Below are positions 47,300-55,850 of a DNA stretch of 64,000 nt, piece after piece (the stretch's first letter is position 1; each line of letters begins with the position of its first letter). The notes under the pieces were generated by a model. The model did no database searches, was not told the origin of the DNA, and was given only the letters and a program-made list of their open reading frames with translations. The position numbers were made by a program, and so were the translations under genes. The stretch spans positions 20,209-84,208 of the forward strand of contig CBDDRX010000009.1 of assembly GCA_965233165.1 (NCBI GenBank), in the 5' to 3' direction. This stretch comes from an uncultured bacterium (GTDB lineage: Bacteria > Pseudomonadota > Gammaproteobacteria > Burkholderiales > SG8-39).

Positions 47300-49432
47300 T
47301 CATTTCACCGCCTCGACGTAGAGGTCCAAGCCCCAAAGCCATCCCAGCTTCAGCAGGCGCTTGCGGGAGACAAGCGTGCGGCCGCGTACACTGAGCGGGT
47401 CCGAGTTCTCGGCGCGGATGCGCAGCGCAGAGAAGCGGCCGAACATTCGCTGAAGGCTCGCGCGCGACAGGAACGCCGTTTCGGGGGCCCCCTCGCCGGC
47501 CAGGTTCAAGTCATACGCCTTTCGTTGGTGCTCGCTGGACGCCACCGTTCCGGAGCCGAACATCTCAGCCGCCCACGCACGCAGGGTCACGAGCGGCCAA
47601 GTCTTCCATTGGCGTAGGGAGTAGCGGTTGTACACCATCACGTACGCCTCGCCACCGGGGCGAAGCACGCGGAAGGTCTCCTCGATGCAGCGCTGCACAT
47701 CCCCCGTATGGTGGAAGCAGCCTATCGAAACGACGACGTCGACGCTCGCATCGGCAAGCGGGCAGTCAAGCATGCTGCCCTGAATGGCGCGACCCGGCAG
47801 GCCCAGCATGGCTAGCCGGTGACCCATCATGCGCACCGGCATCTCGGCGACGTCGAGGCCGACGTAGTCGGCACCGGTTTCTGCGATGCGCTGCCCCAGC
47901 GTGCCGTAGCCCAAGCCGATCTCGAGCACGGTCTTGTCCTTCATGCGCCCGACCGGCACGCGATCGAGCAGGTAGGGATAGAAATCGAGATACGCACGAT
48001 CGAAGCGCTCGAGCGACTCGAGGCTGTGATCGCGAATGCCCAGCTCCTGCGCCAAGCTGGAGCCGCATAACTGGTTCCAGAACTCTGCGTTCTCGGCGTC
48101 GATGCGCCGGGCCGGCCGTGCGGCGGGCGCACGCGCCGGCGGGAGCGCCCGCCCGGGCAGCAAGGAACGGGCGATACGCCTCAGCCGCTCGCGCATCGTG
48201 ATGTTCTCCGGCAGGCGCTCGACCCACTGCAGGTTGAACGGAAGATTGGTCGCCCTGCGCGGAATCTTGCGCAGCGAGCGGGCTGTTTCGGTAGAGGGCG
48301 GCGTCACCGCCTGCGGCCGCGCCACCGTTCGCCCAGCAGGCTGCGCGCGCGATTCGATGTGCGCATCGAAGCCGCGGATAAAGGCCTCGTAGCTGAAGCG
48401 GCTGCTGCCGATAACGTGCTCGTGGGCGCGCGCCGTGAGAGCGTCGACCTCGGCGGGATCCGCAAGCCGGCGCAGAACGTCATCGACGTTAGAGAAATCC
48501 TTCCTCAGGGGCAGATAGTGCTCCCACGGCTCCACTGTCCCCGAGTAGTGCCCCTCGAAAAGCACGAGCGCCGTACGCAGCGCCACCGACTCGAACAAGC
48601 GAGGCGACACCTGATTAGTGCGTATGGCGCCCTCGCGCTCACCAATAAAACGCTCATGGATCCGCTTGTAGTTGAGCCCGGGGTCCTTGGCGAGCGCGGC
48701 GTCGATACAGGCGCGCAGCGTGCCATCGGCGTCGAGCACGTTGGCGCCGCTCTCGCTGCCGAGCGTGGCGCGACAGCCGGCGAGGAACTCGTACCAGGCG
48801 CGGCCGTAGATGCGCTTGGACTCCGCGGTCTCAATGTCCGCTGCAATGCCGCGCTGCGCGCAAATCTCGCGCATCCGCTCGCCTATAAGCGACTTCTCGC
48901 GCCCCAGATCACCATAGCGCGGATGCAGCTGGCGGCCGCGGTAGCCGATAAGAAGCGGACGCTCCGCCGCAGACAGGATTCGCACGTACGGAAGCTCCCG
49001 CGGCACAAAACCCGTGAGCGTCTGCTCGAACGTCACGCCAGGGAAGCGCTCCGATGGGTACACGCTCTCGCGGCAATTCGCCGGAATGCATGTGTAGACC
49101 GTCTGGATGCCGAGTGAGCGGATCCACCCGTGCACCGCAAGCGTGTTGTCATACTCGTCCTGCAAGAACAGCACCTTCAGGCCTCGGAACCCCGCCAGCT
49201 TCTGCTCCAACTCCGGAGGCATCTGCCACTGCAAGCCGGGAAAGAAGGAGTAGTGCAGGACGGCGACGTCATAGCGCGGTAGCTGGCGGATTGCGCGCCG
49301 GTCGAACGGTGCGATGGACGCGTAGTGCACGCGGTGCCGTGACAGTTGCGAGAAGCTGCGCGCGTGCTCCATCACCGTACTGGTAAGGGTTGCATTCGCG
49401 CCGTAGAGCACGAGTATGTTCAGCCGACTCAT
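47300..49432 (-). CDS. Two-domain protein: N-terminal CgeB-family glycosyltransferase-like domain fused to a C-terminal class I SAM methyltransferase
   Basis: 710 aa. The N-domain (~1-390) parallels 44142..45338 (LKVLFLQDEYD vs KLVMFIGNEYD; LGSESGAN vs IGAESGTY; SPRLFESVALRTALVLFEGHYSGTVEPWEHYLPL vs SSRHFEPIGAKTAQILLEGDYNGILRPNEHYIAV). The C-domain has VLEIGLGYGTLGQ, SIGCFHHTGD and LRPGGEAYVMVYN. Confidence 0.7.
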   Translation of the reverse strand: MSRLNILVLYGANATLTSTVMEHARSFSQLSRHRVHYASIAPFDRRAIRQLPRYDVAVLHYSFFPGLQWQMPPELEQKLAGFRGLKVLFLQDEYDNTLAVHGWIRSLGIQTVYTCIPANCRESVYPSERFPGVTFEQTLTGFVPRELPYVRILSAAERPLLIGYRGRQLHPRYGDLGREKSLIGERMREICAQRGIAADIETAESKRIYGRAWYEFLAGCRATLGSESGANVLDADGTLRACIDAALAKDPGLNYKRIHERFIGEREGAIRTNQVSPRLFESVALRTALVLFEGHYSGTVEPWEHYLPLRKDFSNVDDVLRRLADPAEVDALTARAHEHVIGSSRFSYEAFIRGFDAHIESRAQPAGRTVARPQAVTPPSTETARSLRKIPRRATNLPFNLQWVERLPENITMRERLRRIARSLLPGRALPPARAPAARPARRIDAENAEFWNQLCGSSLAQELGIRDHSLESLERFDRAYLDFYPYLLDRVPVGRMKDKTVLEIGLGYGTLGQRIAETGADYVGLDVAEMPVRMMGHRLAMLGLPGRAIQGSMLDCPLADASVDVVVSIGCFHHTGDVQRCIEETFRVLRPGGEAYVMVYNRYSLRQWKTWPLVTLRAWAAEMFGSGTVASSEHQRKAYDLNLAGEGAPETAFLSRASLQRMFGRFSALRIRAENSDPLSVRGRTLVSRKRLLKLGWLWGLDLYVEAVK

Positions 49433-50685
49433 GCTATGCCGAGAAGCTCCGAGTAGATCCGGTCAATGCGCTGGGCTGCGGCCGCCGAGGAATGCCACTT
49501 GAGCGCGAAGCGCCGGCTCCGCGCACCGATCTCCGCGCGCTTCTCTGGGTTCGCGATCAAGTCGCGCAGCACTGCCTCAACAGTGTGCGGCGTGGCGCTG
49601 ATGACGGGCAGCTCGTCGACGTACTCGGGAATCTCACGCCGCATCCCCTCCAGCCACTCAGGTCGCAGATAGCAGATGACCGGCTTGCCGAGCATCATCG
49701 CCTCGCGCGCCGTAGCGCCAAAAAAACCGAATGTCAACATGTCCAGGAAGATGTCCGCCTGGACCTGGTAGAAACGAATGTCCCAGTTCGGCACGCGAGA
49801 GAAGAACATGAGCTCTACCGGCAAGCCTTCGGCTTTGAGCTTCCTCACCAATGGTATGTATACGTGCGTGCTCTTGATGTTCACGCCCGACTCATCAGTG
49901 CGCGTATCGAAGTTGCCTACCGCGTGATACAGCCGCACGGTGCCCAAGGGGAACTGCAACCGGAAGGCGGACGGTACCTCGAGGTCGGGGCGCCATACTT
50001 CCGGGTCGAGGCAATAGAACTCCGGCACCTCGCGGACGCGCGGGTCGACGTTGAAGTCGATGCGGTTGCCGCCAGTGAGGAACTGCACGTCCGCCATACT
50101 GTTGCGGAAGCGGCCCCAACGCTCGTTGCGCTCGTCGCTGCACACTGCAGGGACGTCGCGCCAGCGGCAAATGTCGCACACCGGCTCCGGGCCCCATTTG
50201 CGGAACGACGACTGCAGTACGCCGTCCAAGCAGCCGTTGTTGGCGTAGCTGATTTTCTTGCCGGCGGACTTGAGTACGGCAACCGAAGACAAACCGCGGT
50301 CCGCAAACCATCGGTCGAGCCGGCCGCCAAAGCTCATGCAGTTCGCATTGCTGAAGTGAAAGATGTCGTAGCGCCACAGGGCCACCAGATAAAGCGCGAG
50401 TTGCCGAGCGAGAGAAGTGGACTGGGTGAACCGGAAATCCTCGCCGTGGTAGTACATCTGCGAGCCGTCGTCCGTGTCCCAGTTAAGTACGTCGGTGCGC
50501 CACCCTCGTTCGCGCAGCGCGCGCGACAGGTACCAGGCGTTGTAGTAGGCCTGTCCAGCGAAAAGCACGCCGCATTGGCCGCGCCACCCTGGACGGGCGC
50601 GCACCAGCGGCACGGACACGCGGATCAGCAAGTGCAGCGCGGCGCCCAAGAGCCGATCTAGGAGGCGCTGGAGGAGAGGTGCCAT
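49429..50685 (-). CDS. Glycosyltransferase-like protein (GT-B C-terminal half) with a Cys-rich insertion; start uncertain
   Basis: Frame of ORF 49429..50754. ATG 50685 (MAPLLQRLL...) would overlap the wzt 3' end by 28 nt. The C-terminus FGFFGATAREAMMLGKPVICY...LPVISA is GT-B-like. The central segment has C-x17-C-x2-C-x8-C (GCLDGV...PVCDICRWRDVPAVC). Confidence 0.5.
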   Translation of the reverse strand: MAPLLQRLLDRLLGAALHLLIRVSVPLVRARPGWRGQCGVLFAGQAYYNAWYLSRALRERGWRTDVLNWDTDDGSQMYYHGEDFRFTQSTSLARQLALYLVALWRYDIFHFSNANCMSFGGRLDRWFADRGLSSVAVLKSAGKKISYANNGCLDGVLQSSFRKWGPEPVCDICRWRDVPAVCSDERNERWGRFRNSMADVQFLTGGNRIDFNVDPRVREVPEFYCLDPEVWRPDLEVPSAFRLQFPLGTVRLYHAVGNFDTRTDESGVNIKSTHVYIPLVRKLKAEGLPVELMFFSRVPNWDIRFYQVQADIFLDMLTFGFFGATAREAMMLGKPVICYLRPEWLEGMRREIPEYVDELPVISATPHTVEAVLRDLIANPEKRAEIGARSRRFALKWHSSAAAAQRIDRIYSELLGIA

Positions 50686-51863
50686 TGCGCGTTGAGAAAG
50701 ACGATGCCTACGGCGTACTTGTTGCCACGCGCCCGTAGGTCGAACTGGTGGCAATTGATCAGCGCGGCGAGCTGGTTGTTCATCTCTCGCTCGGCGACCA
50801 CTATGCTCACGCGGTAGCGGCCGCCTGCGAGCGGCAGCGTGGGGAATCCGACCTCGATGCGATGCCGGCCCGGCGCCAAGGTAAGCGGGCCGACGCTATC
50901 GGTTGAGACAGCGGTTACGACGTTCTGTCCGGTGATGTTGAACAGACCTACGCTGACGATCGCCTGCTCGATGGCGCGCGACGTGCGTAAGGACACCGTG
51001 ATGCGCGCCGCGGCGCCGCTCTCAAGCTCCGCGGGACCGCTCACCTCCGTCTCTGTGATGCACGGATCCAAGTAAGCCTGCTGCACAGCGCCGGCGTCCT
51101 CGCGGGCAACGAACGCCTCGTAAGCGTCGCATATGGCGTTCGCCTCGCCGATTCTCTGGACCTCACCGCGCTCGATCCACACCGCTCGATCGCAGTTCGA
51201 GCGGATGGCGTACGGGTTGTGGTTTACGATGATGAATGACACGCCCTTCGCGCGCAGTTCGGCGATGCGGCGGTAACACTTGATCGCGAAGTTGAGGTCG
51301 CCGACCGCAAGCACTTCGTCCACTAGGAGGAGTTCGGGCTGCGTGTGGATCGCTACGGCAAATCCGAGCCTCGCAACCATTCCGCTGCTATAGGACTGTA
51401 CCGGCGCGTCAATCGCATGGCCAAGCTCGCTGAAATCCAGGATGTCGTCGAACCGCAGTTCGACCTCGCGCTCGGTATAGCCCAGCACCGCGCATGCCAC
51501 CTTTACGTTCTCGCGCCCGCTAAGCACGGGGTTGAAGCCGGCGCCCAACGCAATCAACGCGCGTACCGAACCGTGCACTGCGATGCGACCGCCGTTCGGC
51601 TTGATGAGCCCGTTAATCAGCTTCAGCATCGTGGTCTTGCCGGCGCCGTTATGGCCGATCAGGCCGACTGACTCGCCGCGCCCTACGCTGAACGACACGT
51701 CCTTCAGCGCCCAGAATTCGCCTTTGCGGAGGGCGCTCGCCGCCTGGCCCACGCCGGTAAGCTCCTTGCCCACGTCGATGAGGCCGTAGACGAGCGAGCG
51801 CCGCAAGCCACGGCAATAGCGCTTCGACAAGCTCTGCACCTGAAGGACTGGTCCGGAGCTCAT
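50658..51863 (-). CDS. wzt: O-antigen/polysaccharide ABC exporter ATP-binding protein with a C-terminal extension (Wzt type)
   Basis: 401 aa. Walker A GHNGAGKTT, signature YSSGM and Walker B LLLVDE, followed by a ~150-aa non-NBD tail (…ARITVSLRTSRAIEQAIVSVGLFNITGQ…GRYRVSIVVAE…) resembling the Wzt glycan-binding domain. Confidence 0.85.
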   Translation of the reverse strand: MSSGPVLQVQSLSKRYCRGLRRSLVYGLIDVGKELTGVGQAASALRKGEFWALKDVSFSVGRGESVGLIGHNGAGKTTMLKLINGLIKPNGGRIAVHGSVRALIALGAGFNPVLSGRENVKVACAVLGYTEREVELRFDDILDFSELGHAIDAPVQSYSSGMVARLGFAVAIHTQPELLLVDEVLAVGDLNFAIKCYRRIAELRAKGVSFIIVNHNPYAIRSNCDRAVWIERGEVQRIGEANAICDAYEAFVAREDAGAVQQAYLDPCITETEVSGPAELESGAAARITVSLRTSRAIEQAIVSVGLFNITGQNVVTAVSTDSVGPLTLAPGRHRIEVGFPTLPLAGGRYRVSIVVAEREMNNQLAALINCHQFDLRARGNKYAVGIVFLNAQWHLSSSAS

Positions 51864-52711
51864 GCGTCAAGCTTCTCGATGATGACCGGCACCGTGAGCC
51901 GATAAAGGAGCCAGCCAAAGAACAGGCCGGCAGCGCTGACGAGCGAGACTACGAGCGCTGCATGCCAGGCGTTCGCGCCGACCCCGAGCATGAGGTCGCG
52001 GGCGAGCACAATAAGGGGTGTCAGGGGGTTTAGGTCCATGAGGGTGCGCATCATGCCCTGCACAGCCTGCGGCGGATAGGCGACGGGCGCGATGAGCATG
52101 AGCGGCGTTGTCATTGCCCACACCAGCTTATGCACATCGCCAAACAGCGCGCCCGCGGGCACGAGCAGCGTTCCGACCACCGTGCCGAGGAAGAGTAGTC
52201 CGAGAATAGGTGCCGCCACGAGCGCGAACGACGGCTTTAGTGCCACCCCGGCAGCGAGGCACGCGGCCACGACCACGAGCATGCGGAAGCCCAGCGACAC
52301 GAGGACCTGCACCCCGCCGGAGACCAGCAAGGCCTCCTTAGGGAAGTTCACGCGCGCCAGCAGCACCCGATTGCCCTGGAACTGCGTGAGGGGGCCATTG
52401 AGCGCGTCCACGAATGCCTGCCATAGCACCGAGCCGGTAAAGACGTAGAGCCAGTACGGCGTCGCTCCGGTGTCGACCCGCAGCACCGTGGCCCGGTTTA
52501 GCAGGATCCATAAACCCGCGGTGAGGACCACCGGCAGCACCGCCCACAGATAACCCAGCATCGTCTGACGGTACTGCGCGTCGAGGTCGCGTTTGGCGAG
52601 GCGCAGGCCGATGCGCAACGCCGAGCGCATATCGTCGCGCATCTCCGCGAGCAGGCGCCGCGGTTGGCGCAGCGCCGACGCCGGCGTATACACGCGCCCT
52701 TCCCGGCTCAT
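51860..52711 (-). CDS. wzm: ABC-2 type polysaccharide exporter permease
   Basis: 283 aa with six hydrophobic segments and the N-terminal motif AKRDLDAQYRQTMLGYLWAVL. ATGA overlaps on both sides. Confidence 0.85.
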   Translation of the reverse strand: MSREGRVYTPASALRQPRRLLAEMRDDMRSALRIGLRLAKRDLDAQYRQTMLGYLWAVLPVVLTAGLWILLNRATVLRVDTGATPYWLYVFTGSVLWQAFVDALNGPLTQFQGNRVLLARVNFPKEALLVSGGVQVLVSLGFRMLVVVAACLAAGVALKPSFALVAAPILGLLFLGTVVGTLLVPAGALFGDVHKLVWAMTTPLMLIAPVAYPPQAVQGMMRTLMDLNPLTPLIVLARDLMLGVGANAWHAALVVSLVSAAGLFFGWLLYRLTVPVIIEKLDA

Positions 52712-53415
52712 GCGATCTGCCCTGCGAGAATGCGACGCGTTCCGTCGACACCAAGATTCATCAGGGCATCGAGGACGGAGAGCCCGGGCACGAACTCGGC
52801 TCTCCCTTGTTGCAGATACACGGGATGCTGGAAGTCCTGATAAACGAACCGGATACCGGCTTGCTCGAACTGGCCAGGCTCCTGATAGCTGTCCGCGCCG
52901 CCGCCAGACAGGTATGTATCGCCGTCTACCGCGCGCACCAGCGCAATTAGCAGCTCGGTGGCGCTGCCCGCTGCGGAGAGCTCCGACGCCAGCACGATCC
53001 TCGGCATTCTCGGAAGTACCGACCGGGCGACCGAGCGGATCACCTCGAGGTTGTATGCGGCAATGCGACGCTCCGGGTTCACTATAAGCGGTCGCGCGAG
53101 CGCCATGGCCTCAGCGAAATGCGGCGCCCGGCCGTACGCGCTCTCCAGTGTCTTCGACAGCTTCTCGCGCCACTGCGCGGACTCATCGAACTCAACATTG
53201 CCTACTGGTCGCGTACCGTGATAATTGCGCACAATTGGCGCCGTCACCCAGCGCGCCCCCCCATTGATATTAAGCCTCATGCGATTGCTCCAAGTGCCAC
53301 CGGTCTTCTGCTGCTGAACCGTGTCAAGCACGACAAAGACATCGGCGCGGCGCAACTTGTCAAAGTAGCCAAGCCACGGAAAGAAATTCGGCTGATGGAT
53401 TGCGACGACGCGCAA
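52708..53415 (-). CDS. WbqC-family protein (unknown function); start uncertain
   Basis: VAIHQPNFFPWLGYFDKLRRADVFVVLDTVQ is the WbqC-like N-terminal signature. Track start 53484 would overlap the GNAT gene by 65 nt. In-frame TTG 53415 lies 5 nt after the GNAT stop. Confidence 0.68.
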   Translation of the reverse strand: MRVVAIHQPNFFPWLGYFDKLRRADVFVVLDTVQQQKTGGTWSNRMRLNINGGARWVTAPIVRNYHGTRPVGNVEFDESAQWREKLSKTLESAYGRAPHFAEAMALARPLIVNPERRIAAYNLEVIRSVARSVLPRMPRIVLASELSAAGSATELLIALVRAVDGDTYLSGGGADSYQEPGQFEQAGIRFVYQDFQHPVYLQQGRAEFVPGLSVLDALMNLGVDGTRRILAGQIA

Positions 53416-53419
53416 GATG

Positions 53420-53944
53420 TCAGTCGAAGACGATCTGCATGATGTCCATGTCCTTCCATGAACCATCAATAAAGGCGCATTCACGTAGGGAGCCGCATTT
53501 CCTCATTCCCGCTTTCTCATAGCACCGAATCGCAACAGAGTTGTCCGAGAAAACCTGAAGCCACACGCTATGTAGGCCAACATCGTTCTTGGCAAATAGC
53601 AGGCAGGTCTTTATAGCGTCGGTCCCGTGACCCTTGCCGCGCAGATTCGATTCACCGATGCGGATCTGAAATTCGGCCGACCGGTGCACCGGATGCACGT
53701 TAAACAGCTGACAAGTCCCGATGAGTTGTCCTTCCACCCGAATCGCGAAAATGTACAAATCCTGGCGTTTTCTTATTGACTCCATCCAGGCCTGATGACT
53801 AGGGAAGTGCACAGGCGCGTACGGCGCGTTATTCCTGACTAGGTCCGGCTCGTTGATCCAGAGGAACAACTGATATCCATCATCAGGTCCGATGCTCGTC
53901 AATGTCGTCGAACGACCTCTAAGCATGACTTGCTCCTTACGCAT
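53420..53944 (-). CDS. GNAT-family N-acetyltransferase (RimJ/RimL-like)
   Basis: 174 aa. IGTCQLFNV...RGKGHGTDAIKTCLLFAKN...AIRCYEKAGMRKCG. The gene is about 50% GC by hand count, against 62-70% in surrounding DNA. Confidence 0.8.
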   Translation of the reverse strand: MRKEQVMLRGRSTTLTSIGPDDGYQLFLWINEPDLVRNNAPYAPVHFPSHQAWMESIRKRQDLYIFAIRVEGQLIGTCQLFNVHPVHRSAEFQIRIGESNLRGKGHGTDAIKTCLLFAKNDVGLHSVWLQVFSDNSVAIRCYEKAGMRKCGSLRECAFIDGSWKDMDIMQIVFD

Positions 53945-55819
53945 TCACGAGGGCCGGAACGCCTCAAACCAATGTTCGAGGCTGAGCAAAGACCAGATCA
54001 GCAACCGACGATTCTGTAATCCGTTCATGTGCTCGGTGACCAGTGGCACCACGGCACTAGGGTCTAGGACTTGATATATCCGCGCAGACGGCTTGAGGAT
54101 GGTTCTCTGAACAAAATCGATGCTTTCCCCCTTGAACCAGCTAGCATCCGGGGCGGAGAAACCCTGTTTCTCTCGTTGAGAAACCTCCGGTGGAACGTAT
54201 CGCTCCATCAGCTTTCGTAGCAGCAATTTCCCGTCTTTCGCTTTCAAGTACTTTCCGGTCTTGGGCCCCGGCTCGTTCTCGTCTTGGCGCACCGCTTGGG
54301 CAAGGTTGCCGAGCTTGAGTCGGACGGGTAGGCGCATGGCGAAGTCGACAAGGTCATTGTCGAGGAACGGCACGCGCGTCTCGAGCCCGTGCGCCATGCT
54401 GAGCTTGTCCTCCATTACGAGCAGACCGTGCAAGAAGGTCTTGGCTTCGAAGTAGAGGGAGTGGTTGACGTAGTCCTCCGGTCGGGTAAGTTCCTCGGCG
54501 TGCTTGGCAAATACGTCGCGAAAAATGTCGCGGGTCCATACGTGCTGGACGTCGCCCCATATCGGAGCGAGCACGGTCTTGATTACCGAGTTGGGCAGCA
54601 ACCGCTGCCAGAAGGAGTAGTACTTGTCGACGTAGTGCTCGAAGTCGTCGTTCACGACCGCGCGGTAGTAGCGCCACGGGTAGCCGCCAAAGAGTTCATC
54701 ACCACCGCTGCCGGCCAAGGCGACCTTGACGAACTTGCCCGCCAACTGGGCGATGTAGAAATTTGGGTAGCTCTGGCCGACGCGCGGCTCCTCCATGTGC
54801 CAAGCGAGCCGTGGCATCACGCGCTCCAGGTCTCCTGCCTTGAGGACCATCTCGTAATGCTCGGTCTTGAAAAGATATGAGAGCCGCTCGGCAGCCCCAC
54901 GTTCGTCGAACGCTAGCTCCAGTCCCGAAGCCGAGCTCAGATCGAAGCCGCAAGTGAAGCTCTTGATGTACGGTATCTCGCGCGAGGCGAGCGCGGTGAT
55001 CGAGCCTGAGTCGAGGCCGCCGCTTAGATAGGCGCCGAGCTCGACGTCCGAAACGAGCTGGCGCTTCACCGCCTGGCGAAACAATCGATCGAGCTCCTCT
55101 AGGTACGCCGCGTCGTCATCCACGACATCAGGTTCGCGGAAACTGAAGTCCCAATACCGCTGCGGCGTTCCGGGGCGACCACCTTGCCGGCTAATGAGAT
55201 ACGTCCCTGCCGGCAGCATTCGGATACCGTCGAACAACGTACGGTCGGTGAAGAAGTTCTGGAATGTGAGGTATTCCATCAGCGCGGGCTTGTCGAGGCG
55301 CGCGGCGCAGGCCGGGTGCGCGAGGAGCGCCTTTGCTTCCGATCCAAAAAGCAGAGTGTTTGCAACAAACGCGTAGTAGAGAGGCTTCACGCCAAAACGA
55401 TCGCGCGCGAGGGTGACTGTGCGCTCACGCGCGTCCCATACAGCGAAAGCAAACATGCCGTTTAGCCGCAGGAGGCAGTCGGCACCCCAGCAAGCCCATG
55501 CGTTGACCAATACTTCCGTGTCGCTTTTTGAGCGAAACGCGTAGCCGACCTGCTCCAGCTCGCGTCGCAAGTCGGCAAAGTTGTAGATTTCCCCGTTGTA
55601 GACCATGGTGTAGCGGCCATGGTGGTCCACCATGGGCTGCCTCCCGGCTGCGCTGAGGTCGATGATCGCAAGACGTCGGTGGCCTAGCGCGCATGGCCCG
55701 TCAATAAACAGCCCTTCGCCATCCGGCCCGCGATGCTTCACAGCTTCGACCATGCGGCGAAGCACTTCGGCGGCACCGGGGGCGCCGTCTAGATTCAGAA
55801 GACCTGCTATTCCGCACAT
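53945..55819 (-). CDS. AsnB-type glutamine-dependent amidotransferase, paralogue 4
   Basis: Start at ATG 55819 (MCGIAGLLNLD...), with MVYNGEIYNF, RDRFGVKPLYYA and LSGGLDSG. Confidence 0.85.
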   Translation of the reverse strand: MCGIAGLLNLDGAPGAAEVLRRMVEAVKHRGPDGEGLFIDGPCALGHRRLAIIDLSAAGRQPMVDHHGRYTMVYNGEIYNFADLRRELEQVGYAFRSKSDTEVLVNAWACWGADCLLRLNGMFAFAVWDARERTVTLARDRFGVKPLYYAFVANTLLFGSEAKALLAHPACAARLDKPALMEYLTFQNFFTDRTLFDGIRMLPAGTYLISRQGGRPGTPQRYWDFSFREPDVVDDDAAYLEELDRLFRQAVKRQLVSDVELGAYLSGGLDSGSITALASREIPYIKSFTCGFDLSSASGLELAFDERGAAERLSYLFKTEHYEMVLKAGDLERVMPRLAWHMEEPRVGQSYPNFYIAQLAGKFVKVALAGSGGDELFGGYPWRYYRAVVNDDFEHYVDKYYSFWQRLLPNSVIKTVLAPIWGDVQHVWTRDIFRDVFAKHAEELTRPEDYVNHSLYFEAKTFLHGLLVMEDKLSMAHGLETRVPFLDNDLVDFAMRLPVRLKLGNLAQAVRQDENEPGPKTGKYLKAKDGKLLLRKLMERYVPPEVSQREKQGFSAPDASWFKGESIDFVQRTILKPSARIYQVLDPSAVVPLVTEHMNGLQNRRLLIWSLLSLEHWFEAFRPS

Positions 55820-55850
55820 ACGAGCGATGAAGGAGCGACCTGGGGGCCGG

